A stretch of 64,000 bases of DNA, from positions 3,392,001-3,456,000 of the forward strand of contig OZ242358.1 of the NCBI GenBank assembly GCA_965208835.1, given 5' to 3'. Under the pieces are notes generated by a model, which was not told the origin of the DNA, made no database searches, and saw only the letters and a program-made list of their open reading frames with translations. The position numbers and the translations under genes were made by a program. The first letter of the stretch is position 1; every line of letters starts with the position of its first letter. The stretch is from Candidatus Latescibacterota bacterium (GTDB lineage: Bacteria; Latescibacterota; UBA2968; GCA-2709665). Shown piece after piece: positions 37,456 to 47,610 of the stretch.

Positions 37456-38481
37456 TCATCGGACTGCTGAATCGCTCCCGCGCGGCCGATTCTGCCGCTC
37501 TGTCTCCAGCGCTTGAAGGAACCCGTGCATCTGTCCCACGCAAAACGCAATATAGGCCCGCCCGTCCTCATCGCCCGCCAGTTCCATGATGTGATCGTAG
37601 TCGATAGCGCCTTCATACCCGACGTCGTGCAATGCCCGGACCACCTGAAACATGTTCAGGTCTCCCTGGTCCGGAATCACCTCTTCATATCCTCCGGTTG
37701 CGGGAATGGTTCCTCGCACGTTTCGAAAATGCACGTGAAAGATCTTTCCCTGTCCCCCGAATCGCCTGATTCCCTCGAAAACGTCTTCGCCCGACTCATA
37801 CCGCGTACCCACGCAGAAGGTCATCCCGTTTGCGGGCGACGGCACTTCCGAAAACAGCCGGTCGAATGCCGCGAAATCGTACAGGACCTGCGGCACGCCA
37901 TACAGGCTGGGTACGGGAGGGTCGTTCCCGTGCATCGCGACACGTGTGCCCGCGGCTTCGGCGACGGGCGCCGTCGCGCGGAAGATTTCGAGCGTACGTT
38001 CCCATAGTTCCTCGTGCGTGGGGGCGCCGTCGGGCGCCGGCCTGTTCAGCGCGTCGCGCAAGTCGACCTTCAGGTGCCGATAGCCGCCGCGGCCCTCCAC
38101 CCACTCGAACACGCCGCGAGGAAACCCGCCGAACTGGGCAGCCTGAAAACATTGTATCCCGACGACGGGAAAGCCGTATTCCCCGCATAGCGCGACGTTG
38201 GCCACAAGGCGATCCAGTTCCTCTCCGGCTCCCGGTTCACCCATAAAAATCGCGCGTGAAAAGGCGTTCGTGGAATTCGCCCTCTCGATCTTCAGGCCCG
38301 CACCGTCCACGACTTCCACCACTGCATGCACGCTTTCGCGGCGGAGTTGACCGGACTCCTTATAGCCCGGAAAGATATCCAGCGTCACGTCCACCACATC
38401 CACGCCGATCTGCTTCAGAAACCTCAGATCCTGCGGCCGGTCCAGCCAACCCGGATCGATCCGTGTGCCGATTTTGATCAC
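37456..38481 (-). CDS. mannonate dehydratase (UxuA)-like protein
   Basis: AMHGNDPP, FCVGT, HVHFRNVRG, YDH. Confidence 0.75.
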   Translation of the reverse strand: MIKIGTRIDPGWLDRPQDLRFLKQIGVDVVDVTLDIFPGYKESGQLRRESVHAVVEVVDGAGLKIERANSTNAFSRAIFMGEPGAGEELDRLVANVALCGEYGFPVVGIQCFQAAQFGGFPRGVFEWVEGRGGYRHLKVDLRDALNRPAPDGAPTHEELWERTLEIFRATAPVAEAAGTRVAMHGNDPPVPSLYGVPQVLYDFAAFDRLFSEVPSPANGMTFCVGTRYESGEDVFEGIRRFGGQGKIFHVHFRNVRGTIPATGGYEEVIPDQGDLNMFQVVRALHDVGYEGAIDYDHIMELAGDEDGRAYIAFCVGQMHGFLQALETERQNRPRGSDSAVR

Positions 38482-38546
38482 GGGACACCTTTCTTAGCGA
38501 TAATTTCGTTTTTGCGCCGACGCGAGTACCGTCGTGGGTCGGCGCT

Positions 38547-39788
38547 TCAGCTTTCACCCAATCCCGCCGGGGGGGCATCGAAGTACCCCTCGTCGCCGAA
38601 GAACGGAAACATCCCGAACCCCGCCGCCAGGTCGCGTTGCTCCCAGACCAGGCCGGTCTCGCAGTAGCTCAGCGAACCGTGCGCGGGCGGCGAAAACTCC
38701 GGTCTCCCCAGCAGGTCGCTCCGGAACCACACGCTCCGGTGCCCGAAACACACCCCCTTCTCCAGGTTCTCCCGGGCGAATTCAACCATATGTGGAAACG
38801 TCTGCTGGTACTCCGAGCCGGGCCCGTATTCTATGTGGGTCATCAGGTTTTCTCCCGTGGCCTGCACCTCGCCCATCGACATGGGTTCGCCGTGCCTGAT
38901 AAAGAGGGCATCGGTGTTCGGATCCACCACCGCCCACTTGCCGTACTCATCGAACCAGACCTCGGCCACGAAATGCCCGTTGAAGCCATTGACCGCCTCG
39001 GTGAGTACCGCGCACCGGGCCGGGATGCCCGCCGCCTGGGCGCAGCTCACGAAAGCCGCTGCATAGTGGACGCACATCGCCACCGGGCGCTTTCCATTAT
39101 GCCCGGCCTGCCGGGGCGCCCACGCGAGCAGGGTTTCCGCGTCCCACGGCGCGTATTGACCCGCCCTGAGTGAGTTGGTATGCTCCCAGCTGGACGCCAG
39201 CCAGGCCGATAAGGCACGGACCCGGTTGATCAGCGGTCCCTGGTCTCTTGCGACCGGCGGCAGCAAACGCCTCAACGACAGCAGCCTGGGCGACTCCGCG
39301 ACCTCCCAGACCATGGCGGGAGGCGGCGGGTCCTCTCCCTCGGACAGCCGCACGCGGACGACGTATTCGCCCAGGACCGCGTTGAGATAGCCCATCCGTT
39401 CGCTCCGCCAGGTCTCGCCGCCGTCGTCGCTGACCCCGCTGCCGGTTTCGGCGCGCCCCGCTTCCATCGCGAGGGACCAGCCATCCATCGCCGTCCCGTC
39501 GGTCCAAAGTTCGAAGGTGTTGTCGCCGACCCTTAAGTCTGATACCGGAAGTTCATACCAGGAATACGCTCCGGGCCGATCGGGCTCGAACGCGATGACC
39601 TCCCTGCCGTTCACGGCCACCCGAAGCGGGGCTTCGTTCTCGGGATAGGGCCGGGCGAGGATATAGACCATCCCCGGCGCGTCCGTGGCGGGTAACGCAA
39701 GTGTCTTGCGGGCGCGCCGAAACGTCGTCAATTCCTCACACAGCGACGGCATTACCCGCCCCTCTTCGCTGTAATACAATCGGCTCAT
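38547..39788 (-). CDS. transglutaminase-like domain protein
   Basis: MCVHYA...GIPAR...GHFVAEVW...WAVVDP (Cys-His-Asp pattern). Confidence 0.75.
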   Translation of the reverse strand: MSRLYYSEEGRVMPSLCEELTTFRRARKTLALPATDAPGMVYILARPYPENEAPLRVAVNGREVIAFEPDRPGAYSWYELPVSDLRVGDNTFELWTDGTAMDGWSLAMEAGRAETGSGVSDDGGETWRSERMGYLNAVLGEYVVRVRLSEGEDPPPPAMVWEVAESPRLLSLRRLLPPVARDQGPLINRVRALSAWLASSWEHTNSLRAGQYAPWDAETLLAWAPRQAGHNGKRPVAMCVHYAAAFVSCAQAAGIPARCAVLTEAVNGFNGHFVAEVWFDEYGKWAVVDPNTDALFIRHGEPMSMGEVQATGENLMTHIEYGPGSEYQQTFPHMVEFARENLEKGVCFGHRSVWFRSDLLGRPEFSPPAHGSLSYCETGLVWEQRDLAAGFGMFPFFGDEGYFDAPPAGLGES

Positions 39789-40075
39789 CAAGGCCTCTCA
39801 TTGTTAGGTTGGCGTCTTCCCCACCCCCAAACGACCCCTGTTGCCTTGTCCTCTTTCCAGTTGCGGTGAGACGGAAGAGGGTAGACGGTAGAAGAAGCCC
39901 GTGCCAATATGTCCCTCCAACTCGCCTGCGGCATGAGAAGAAACCTTATACGGCATGCGATCTCTACCCTCTCCCGGCTTACGTCTCACCCGGTGGTGGT
40001 GCGGGGTGTGGTCCTCTCCCCTCTGCCGTCTTACGGCTCACTGCCTTCGGCGGATCGCTGTTCTTGCTGCTCCCG

Positions 40076-40115
40076 GTCGGCCGAATTCCGGCAATCTATT
40101 TCAAGGACCGAACAG
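40076..40115. repeat. MITE family C end remnant
   Basis: GAATTCCGGCAATCTATTTCAAGGACCGAACA resembles the right end of 24338..24499. Confidence 0.45.
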
Positions 40116-40128
40116 CAGCTCCACAGAT

Positions 40129-41031
40129 TCATCGTCCAATATATTCCGGAAGGGCAAGTTTCCAGTTCTCGTAGATGATATTGTGGATCACCTCGTCGGG
40201 GACCGTGGGAAAATTCGTCCCCCTCACCACGTCATTCACCTTCCACTGCCCGGCAATGACCTGCGCCGCCGTCGCCGACGGAAAATCGGATCCGAATATC
40301 AGCTTGTGCTCCACACCGTATTCGATCGCCGACATTAAGGCCTGGTAGTGCCGCCGCGGCCGGTAGTGGAGCGCGGATACGTTCGAGTAGAGGTTGGGAT
40401 GCTTCCGAATGAGCACCACGCATTCATCTTCCCACGGATGCCCCATGTGGGAAATGACGATGCGGAGATCCGGACACGCAATTGCGATATCCTCCAGCTG
40501 AATCGGGTTCGCGTACTTCAACGGGCCGAAACGGACGAACGACGTTCCCTGGTGGATATTCAAGGGTATACCCAGCGATTCCGCCTTCTTGAAGAACGGC
40601 AGGTGACGGGGATCCTGGGGGTCCCAGTTCTGGTAGATAGGCGCCACCTTAAGCCCCCGCAGACCGAGGTCCTCCACGCAGTATACCAGTTGGTCGATAC
40701 AATCCGCGTCGTTCGGGTTGACCGAACACCAGCCGAAGAACCGTTCCGGGTTTTCGTCCACGAATCCGGCAACCAGTTCCTGGGGCACGTCGATTCCCAC
40801 GTGCGGCGCACGCAGGCCGAACACGATGACGCGGTCGCAGTCTTCCGTGGCCTCCAGCAGTTGCTCGGGCCTGGCGTCGAACGCGTTGCGCTCGTCACTG
40901 GCGTCGTCGGCATAGTACACGTCGGGCGACAATCGCATCTTCGCCTTCTTGGCCGCAAGCGCGGTCTCGATGAATTCATCCGACAGATGGTCCGGATACC
41001 ACAGCAGATTCGTATGCGTGTCGAAAAGCAT
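40129..41031 (-). CDS. amidohydrolase family protein (Amidohydro_2)
   Basis: DTH, LRGLK, IHQG, SHMGHPW, FGSDFP. Confidence 0.88.
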   Translation of the reverse strand: MLFDTHTNLLWYPDHLSDEFIETALAAKKAKMRLSPDVYYADDASDERNAFDARPEQLLEATEDCDRVIVFGLRAPHVGIDVPQELVAGFVDENPERFFGWCSVNPNDADCIDQLVYCVEDLGLRGLKVAPIYQNWDPQDPRHLPFFKKAESLGIPLNIHQGTSFVRFGPLKYANPIQLEDIAIACPDLRIVISHMGHPWEDECVVLIRKHPNLYSNVSALHYRPRRHYQALMSAIEYGVEHKLIFGSDFPSATAAQVIAGQWKVNDVVRGTNFPTVPDEVIHNIIYENWKLALPEYIGR

Positions 41032-41068
41032 GCCGCGCTCCGTTTGCGTTTCGTGTGAGCGCCGGGCG

Positions 41069-42655
41069 CTACACCAGGAAACGCGTCAGCACGTTGCCCG
41101 TCAGCCGGGAGAGTTCCTCGCTGACCAGAAGGGAACTGATATAGGTGATCGACCCCGTCGAAAAGACGGCGCCGCCGCCATCGGGCTCGTGAATGACCAT
41201 GTGGGCGCCCCCGTCGTTGTCGTTGGTCCCGCGGGCGAGCAGCTTCACGTTTTCGGGAGAGAACCTGGGCGAGATCTTGTCCGTTTCGTGCCCCGACGCT
41301 CCGCCTGGAATTCGCATGTGCTGACACTCTCGACCAAAGATATCCCCGTCGGCGAGACCCGTGCCGTCGAATGCCCAGTGGCCGGCGTCGACAGCCCGAT
41401 ACGGCGCCGCCGTCATGATGCCTGCATCGGTAAATACCACCCCGAGCAGGTTGGCCTCGGACTCCTGACGCCTGTGCATGCGGCTTTCAAATCCACCGTC
41501 CCGCTTCTGCCGCAGGTTTCCGTTGTGTACGATCATCCTGTCCTCGTCCGGGAATTCCACCTCGCAGTTCAGCCCGTTGCCGCCCAGATACATCAACCTC
41601 CCGCCCCGGTTGAATACCCAGTCCTTCACTTCGCAATACATCCTGGCGGACCAGTATTCGGGATGGGGCCCCAGAATCAATACGGCGTAATCGTCCAGAT
41701 TGAGCGCTCCGAAATGCAGTTGGGTTTCCGAGTAGAGGTCGTACTCGAATCCTTCCCGCTCGAGCCAGCCCATCAACCGCCATTCCGCCGGCGCCACGTG
41801 ATTGGGCGCCCGGCCCTCGATCGGATCGGTTACCTGTTCATCCTCCGGTACGACATTGATCGGCTCGGGGCGTTCAAAGGAAAGCGGCAGATACTCCTCC
41901 GCATCGTAATTGACGTGCTCGGGATCGGTGTAGCGTTTCAGCTCGAGCCGGGCATTGACGGTCGGTGTGGGCGGCATCCTGTCCGGGTGGATATAGTTGC
42001 TGCGCCCGCCGAAGTTGTTATAGCAGTTCCAGTTGATGTCCGACGCCAGCACGGCCACGCTCGCCCGCGGCTTTGCCGGCGCCACAACCCACGGAAACGA
42101 AAAGAACAATCCGGATTCGGTCCTGGCGTGAAAATAGTAGAGACCGGAACGTTCGGGCGCCGTTACCAGCTGTTTATGACCGGGGCTGGTATATCCGATT
42201 TTGTTCCACTGTGCGCCTACCTGCGTATAGTCGCCGTCGGGAGTCAACTGCACGGTGGCCCGCGGACCGTGCTCGTCGTACCACCCGATGGGCCTGATGA
42301 GTTTCTTTTCCCAGCCGTAACGCCACAATTCAAGCTTGTACTGTTCGTGTGAATGCACACGGAATTCGGAGCGATCGCCCGACTTGACGCACTTGGGCCA
42401 TACGTAGCCCATGAGGCAGTCCTTCAACAGACGAAACTGATGGGGTTCATCCGGCTTTACCTCCATATTGACGATCTTCGACCCGTACCCGTTCAGCGCC
42501 AGAACCACCTGATACGACCCGGGCACAACGTCCGCATATACCGCACCCGAGGCCGAAGAACGTGCAGGCACCGCGTTTCCCGACGCGTCTCTGAACTCCA
42601 GAGCCACATCGGACAACGCGATGTATCGCTCATCACTCACGTAGCCCACCAGCAT
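41069..42655 (-). CDS. N,N-dimethylformamidase beta-subunit family protein
   Basis: SGLYYFH, NCYNNFGGRSNY, LSFERP, HPEYWS, LGGNG, GHETD. Confidence 0.8.
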   Translation of the reverse strand: MLVGYVSDERYIALSDVALEFRDASGNAVPARSSASGAVYADVVPGSYQVVLALNGYGSKIVNMEVKPDEPHQFRLLKDCLMGYVWPKCVKSGDRSEFRVHSHEQYKLELWRYGWEKKLIRPIGWYDEHGPRATVQLTPDGDYTQVGAQWNKIGYTSPGHKQLVTAPERSGLYYFHARTESGLFFSFPWVVAPAKPRASVAVLASDINWNCYNNFGGRSNYIHPDRMPPTPTVNARLELKRYTDPEHVNYDAEEYLPLSFERPEPINVVPEDEQVTDPIEGRAPNHVAPAEWRLMGWLEREGFEYDLYSETQLHFGALNLDDYAVLILGPHPEYWSARMYCEVKDWVFNRGGRLMYLGGNGLNCEVEFPDEDRMIVHNGNLRQKRDGGFESRMHRRQESEANLLGVVFTDAGIMTAAPYRAVDAGHWAFDGTGLADGDIFGRECQHMRIPGGASGHETDKISPRFSPENVKLLARGTNDNDGGAHMVIHEPDGGGAVFSTGSITYISSLLVSEELSRLTGNVLTRFLV

Positions 42656-42725
42656 ATCGCGCTCCCCTCTACTTTTGAGTCTCCGTATTGATTCCTAACT
42701 GTCAACCGATGCGCCAACGACGCCA

Positions 42726-44132
42726 TTAAAGCAAATAGTCGGGCGGGTGCGCCGCCCGCCAGTCCGTCGCCTGTTCGTATGCATAGGCCAGCCGAAGAAT
42801 CGTCGCCTCGTCGTACGGCTTGCCGGTCAGCTGCAGGCCCACCGGAAGCCCTTGAGAGGTGAACCCGCAGGGTACGGATACCGCGCACAGGCCCAGCCAG
42901 TTTACAAGCCGCGTGAGCAAACGGTGCGGCTCGCCCCGGTCCAGATCGCGCAGACGAGGTGCGGGCGACAACATCGTGGGACCGGCGACCGCCTCGACGT
43001 GTGCCAGCCTCGTAGCCGCCGTCCGCATCATTTGGGCTCTCTTGCGCTGAATCTCCGCAAGATCGACGGCCAGCAATCCCGGCTCGACCTGAAGACGCGC
43101 GCGGACGACTGAGCCGAATGAATCCGGCGCTTCCGACAATGCCTCGCGGTGGACGACAACCGCCTCGGTCCGCAGAAGCCTGAGGTTATCTTCCTCTTTC
43201 TCGGCCTGAACCGCCTCCGGAAACGTCATCTCCCTCACGTTTGCGCCCAGGCTGCCCAGGACCTGAATCGCGTCATCCACAAGCGAGACGACCTCGGGAT
43301 CCGCACCATTGAAGAACGGCTCGCGGACCACCGCGAGCCGCAGACCCCTGACATCCTTCTTCAAGTCGCCCATGACATCGCCGACCGGCAGATCGTGGGC
43401 AGTGGCATCACCGGCCTCGGCGCCTGCGATCGCCACATACATCAGCGCGGCGTCCTCAACGCATCTGGCCATGGGCCCGATCGTATCCAGCGTCCAGGAA
43501 AGCGGCATCACGCCCCCCGTACCGATACGACCCGTTGTCGTCTTGAGACCGACGACGCCGCAGTACGCCGCGGGAATACGAACCGATCCGCCGGTGTCCG
43601 TTCCGATCGCGGCTGCGGCCAGACCGGCCGCGACGGCCAGGCCGGATCCGCTGCTGGAGCCGCCGGGAACCCGCTCCGGGTCCCACGGATTCGGAGGCGT
43701 GCCGAAGTGAGGGTTGATTCCAAACGGACCGAAGGCATACTCCACTAGGTTCGTCTTGCCCAGCAACACCGTCCCTGCCCGCGCAAGGCGCTTCGCCACC
43801 GTAGAGGAGGTCGCCGGCACGCAGTCCTGCCTGGCCAGGGCTCCCGAAGTCGTTCGTATGCCGGCGGTATCACACAGGTCCTTCAAGGCGATCGGGACGC
43901 CGTGCAGCGGACCAAAATCGTTGCCGGACCGGAGTGCCAGTTCCGCTGCTTCCGCGTCCGCCCGCGCGCGATCTGCGGTTACCGTAATGAAGGCATTCGT
44001 GCCGGGCTGATACCGATGGATCCGTTCCAGATATGCTTCGGTTACCGCCACGGGCGAAACCTGCCCGCCGCGGTACATCCCGGCGAGTTCCGTGGCCGAC
44101 AGAAAGTGAAGCGAGGGCTTCGGCCTATCCAC
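42726..44132 (-). CDS. amidase-signature family amidase
   Basis: GVPIALKD, GGSSSGS, IGTDTGGSVRIPA. Confidence 0.92.
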   Translation of the reverse strand: MDRPKPSLHFLSATELAGMYRGGQVSPVAVTEAYLERIHRYQPGTNAFITVTADRARADAEAAELALRSGNDFGPLHGVPIALKDLCDTAGIRTTSGALARQDCVPATSSTVAKRLARAGTVLLGKTNLVEYAFGPFGINPHFGTPPNPWDPERVPGGSSSGSGLAVAAGLAAAAIGTDTGGSVRIPAAYCGVVGLKTTTGRIGTGGVMPLSWTLDTIGPMARCVEDAALMYVAIAGAEAGDATAHDLPVGDVMGDLKKDVRGLRLAVVREPFFNGADPEVVSLVDDAIQVLGSLGANVREMTFPEAVQAEKEEDNLRLLRTEAVVVHREALSEAPDSFGSVVRARLQVEPGLLAVDLAEIQRKRAQMMRTAATRLAHVEAVAGPTMLSPAPRLRDLDRGEPHRLLTRLVNWLGLCAVSVPCGFTSQGLPVGLQLTGKPYDEATILRLAYAYEQATDWRAAHPPDYLL

Positions 44133-44463
44133 AGCCCGGACCTCTTACCTCCTGCCGCGCAACCTGTTCCGGCAGCAACCCGCGAGCAAACCCGTCGGGA
44201 TCCGCCCGATGGCCTTCAACCAGTTGCCCGATCTCTTTCAGCACCCGCTCGCGGTCGTACAGTCCGTACCGGTAGATGTCGATGGGCCCGATCAGTTTCA
44301 GATAGAAATGATTGCCCGCGTCGTGTTCCTCCGCGCATGCGCTGGGCTTGTGTGCAATTTCCAGTTGCGCTTCAAACGCGTCCGCGAACGCCGCCAGCAG
44401 CGGTTCACTGCGCAGATCGGCCGGGATCTCGGGAAACCGGCTCACCAGTTCCTGAACCGTCAT
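44125..44463 (-). CDS. hypothetical protein (112 aa)
   Basis: ATG 44463 preceded by AGGAGG; overlaps both neighbours; ends GPGCG. Confidence 0.65.
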   Translation of the reverse strand: MTVQELVSRFPEIPADLRSEPLLAAFADAFEAQLEIAHKPSACAEEHDAGNHFYLKLIGPIDIYRYGLYDRERVLKEIGQLVEGHRADPDGFARGLLPEQVARQEVRGPGCG

Positions 44464-44872
44464 CCTCCTGCTCCTCTCCGTGTTCCGTTCCGGGTTCCCG
44501 AAGCAATTCATCGGGAATCCGTTTGCGCCCCTGATAACCCTCCATGGGGCCGTGATAATGCGTGACTGCCGGCTCATCGCTTCGCCAGCACAGAAGCACC
44601 TCCTCGCCGTCGATCACGGCGGGGAAATCAACGAGGCCGAGGTTGAAATTGGGATCTTTATACGAACAACCGATGCCCTCCAGTTCCTCGAAGAACTCAT
44701 TCAACGACGCAATCAGCTTCCTGATCTCGGCATCGTCGGCCGCTGCAGGACCGAGTTCGCCGGCCAACTGCCTCAACCGGCGTCCGGATGCCTGGATGTC
44801 GGCGACAATGCGCTTCACCAGCGGCAGCGTCCGATTGGCCTCCAGCGGCGTAAAATACCTGATTTCATCCAT
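44405..44872 (-). CDS. DUF2203 family protein
   Basis: FTPLEANRTLP...GLVDFP...LCWRSDE...HYH...GYQGRK. Confidence 0.85.
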   Translation of the reverse strand: MDEIRYFTPLEANRTLPLVKRIVADIQASGRRLRQLAGELGPAAADDAEIRKLIASLNEFFEELEGIGCSYKDPNFNLGLVDFPAVIDGEEVLLCWRSDEPAVTHYHGPMEGYQGRKRIPDELLREPGTEHGEEQEDDGSGTGEPVSRDPGRSAQ

Positions 44873-45956
44873 CGACTCCACCCCCGTGTCCAGAACCGTC
44901 GGGCGCCGCGCCCGTATCCGAAGAGATGCGATCCCGCCTCCCGTCATCTCCCGCCACAAAATCGTCCAGCCGTATCAGCGCTCCCCCTTCGGCGGCAGAC
45001 GCGTTCGCGCCCAACACCGCGGCCAGACTGTTCAACGCCTGCGGGTACCCGTTTCGCAGTCCCGATGCGTCACCCGAACCGATCGCTTGGACAAACTCAC
45101 GCGCCTGGCTGGCGAACGGATTGTCCGCGCCGGGTGACTCGAAAACCGTCTCTCCGTTTTCCACAACCCTATCCCCCGACCACTCCATCAGAGAATCGTC
45201 ACCTACCACCAGCACCTCCCGCCTGGACGCGTTCACATTTGTCAGCACGCGCGAGGTGGTGACACTGGCCACGACGCCGCTTTCGAAGCGGTAATTCACA
45301 TCGTACACATGGGGCAGGTTGATGGGATCGGGACCTTCCCCTGGCTTCCGATAAAAATAAAACGCGGAAACCTCCGTAATGTCGCCCAGGAAGAATCTGA
45401 GCAGATCCACCATGTGAATCGTATTCTCGACAAACGATCCGCCGCAGAGTTCGAAACGGCTTGTCCAGTATCGAATGTGACCGCCGCTGTAGAGCAGTTG
45501 AACAAGGGCGTGTCTGGGTGTCCGTTCCAAGACCCGGTCCCGCATGAATGTCGCGGATGCGTAATAACGACTCATGAAACCAACCTGAGAAGGGACGCCA
45601 GACTTCCGGATCGCCTCGCTGAATCGCACGGCCTGCGCGATATCGAGGGTCTGGGGTTTCTCCACCATTACAGGGATCCCCTTTTCCGCGGCGATCAACT
45701 CGGCATCCGAATGCAGGGTGGGCGGGATGCAGATGTAAACCCCGTCCAGATCCTCCTGCTCGAACATTTCCCGATGGTCGGTATATACGGCATTCGCCCC
45801 GAAAGTCCGCGCCTGGCTGGCGGCCGTTTCACCGTCCATGTCGCAGAATGCCTGCAATGTCACCCGGCCCTTGTCCGCCAGTGCGGCCAGCGGCGGAAGA
45901 TGGGCATTTACCGTAATGTAACCCAGGCCGACAAAACCCAGTCGCGGCGCCGTCAT
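44865..45956 (-). CDS. Gfo/Idh/MocA oxidoreductase
   Basis: GFVGLG, VEKP, IHMVD. Confidence 0.88.
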   Translation of the reverse strand: MTAPRLGFVGLGYITVNAHLPPLAALADKGRVTLQAFCDMDGETAASQARTFGANAVYTDHREMFEQEDLDGVYICIPPTLHSDAELIAAEKGIPVMVEKPQTLDIAQAVRFSEAIRKSGVPSQVGFMSRYYASATFMRDRVLERTPRHALVQLLYSGGHIRYWTSRFELCGGSFVENTIHMVDLLRFFLGDITEVSAFYFYRKPGEGPDPINLPHVYDVNYRFESGVVASVTTSRVLTNVNASRREVLVVGDDSLMEWSGDRVVENGETVFESPGADNPFASQAREFVQAIGSGDASGLRNGYPQALNSLAAVLGANASAAEGGALIRLDDFVAGDDGRRDRISSDTGAAPDGSGHGGGVDG

Positions 45957-45957
45957 C

Positions 45958-46854
45958 CTAAGCCTCCTCGATCTGACGGATCAGGTCTGGCGTGAGGTAT
46001 TGCCCGTCAGAAACCGATGCACACATTTCAAGCTCGTCAAAATCAGATGCCCCGCAAAGCAGCATCGTCACTCTCGGGTCAGAGAGAAGATAACGAAGCG
46101 CCGCGTTCACCAGTTCCTCCGGGCCGCCCGCGAACAACGCTTCCACCCGGCGGAGCCTGGCGTGCAATTCGCGGAATCGTCCGTTTTCGACAAACCGGTC
46201 GCGCTTGGACCCCAGCAGCCCCCCGTGCAGCGGGGACGCGGCGATCACCGCCACGTCTTCCGCGGCCGCGGCGGGAACAAGAACTTCCGTGGCTTCCTGC
46301 GTCAGCAGATCGTATTTGCAGAACGTGACTACCGAGACGAATTCATCGGTTTCTTTCAGGATTTCGCTCATCAATGTCAGATCGGAACCGGTCAGTCCGA
46401 TGTGTTGCGCAAGCCCCTGCGAACGAATATCCACCAGCGTCTCCAGTGTGCGCTCCCTTCCGAAAATCCCGTCCCAACCGGCCTGCTCCGCTTCATGCAC
46501 CTGGACCAGGTCCACACGGTCCCGTCGAAGGCGTTGCAGACTGGCATCGAATCCACGCCAGATCGCGTCCCGGGTATAGTCGAACGGTTCCGGAAAATAG
46601 CCCACCTTGGTCGCCAGATAATGCGATTCAGTCACACCCTCCAGAGCAAGCCCGAACACCTTTTCGCTGCGTCCTCTTCCATAGAGTGGCGCCGTATCGA
46701 AATAATTCACGCCCAACTCGAGCGCCCGCTCGACCATCTTCACTCCGTGCGCGTCGGGCAGCAGGCCCTCCTCGGGCCGGCCGTAAAACCACGCACCGCC
46801 CAATCCCACCTCGCTGACCCGCCAGTCTGTACTGCCGAAACGCCTGTATCTCAT
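45958..46854 (-). CDS. aldo/keto reductase
   Basis: FDTAPLYG, ATKVG, SLQRL, QVHE. Confidence 0.9.
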   Translation of the reverse strand: MRYRRFGSTDWRVSEVGLGGAWFYGRPEEGLLPDAHGVKMVERALELGVNYFDTAPLYGRGRSEKVFGLALEGVTESHYLATKVGYFPEPFDYTRDAIWRGFDASLQRLRRDRVDLVQVHEAEQAGWDGIFGRERTLETLVDIRSQGLAQHIGLTGSDLTLMSEILKETDEFVSVVTFCKYDLLTQEATEVLVPAAAAEDVAVIAASPLHGGLLGSKRDRFVENGRFRELHARLRRVEALFAGGPEELVNAALRYLLSDPRVTMLLCGASDFDELEMCASVSDGQYLTPDLIRQIEEA

Positions 46855-46893
46855 CCTGGTCTCGTACTGTCAGGTGTCAGGTCCCGAAAAAAC

Positions 46894-47577
46894 TCACCGC
46901 ACGTCGCGATAGAGACGGCACAGGCGTTTGTCGGAAACCGAGCACAGATACAGAAATCGCAACATCCACATCCAGAAAATCGTGGGCACGACCCCCCAGC
47001 GCCGCCAACGGCGGGTGGACGTGCGGACGCTGCCGTCCAGGAGGACGAAGCGACCCAGCTCCCTGACGGACGCGCAGAACTCCGAGTCTTCGAAAAGCGC
47101 CACGTCGGGAAAGCCGGCCACGCGGTCGAACACGGCCCGCCGGACATATATTCCCTGATCCCCGTAGATGACCCCAAAATACCTGGACCGCATTGTGGAG
47201 AGGAAGGCGATGGTCCGGAACATCCACGAATCCTCGGAAAGCCCCAGCCGGAAACTTCCACCTGCCACGCAGGGATCCTCGAGCGACTCCCGGATCATCC
47301 TCATTGCGCCGTCAGGCAGAAACGTGTCGGCGTGCAGAAACAGCAGCACCTCGCCCGAGGCCGACTTTGCCCCGCGGTTCATCTGTACGGATCGGCCGGG
47401 TCTCGGCGACGTTACCAGCCGCGCAAATCCGGCTTCCCGGGTTCGTTCCTGCGTACCGTCGCGGCTGCCGCCATCGACCACGATCACTTCAACGTTCCGT
47501 TGTCCGCGGAACTGCGCCAGGCAGCCTGCTATCGTTTCCGCTTCATTGATTACGGGAATGATGACACTGACTTGCAA
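46894..47577 (-). CDS. GT2 glycosyltransferase (TIGR04283-like)
   Basis: VDGGSRDGT, GRSVQMNRGA, FLHADT, YGDQG, FED, TSTRRW. Confidence 0.85.
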   Translation of the reverse strand: MQVSVIIPVINEAETIAGCLAQFRGQRNVEVIVVDGGSRDGTQERTREAGFARLVTSPRPGRSVQMNRGAKSASGEVLLFLHADTFLPDGAMRMIRESLEDPCVAGGSFRLGLSEDSWMFRTIAFLSTMRSRYFGVIYGDQGIYVRRAVFDRVAGFPDVALFEDSEFCASVRELGRFVLLDGSVRTSTRRWRRWGVVPTIFWMWMLRFLYLCSVSDKRLCRLYRDVR

Positions 47578-47610
47578 CGTGTTCTCGTGGAAATATTTAA
47601 CCCTGACGAA

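Noticed and set aside
44125-44140. Possible selenocysteine-type C-terminal redox motif (GCG-stop)
   Set aside because: The stop is TAG, not TGA, and no SECIS-like hairpin was recognised.
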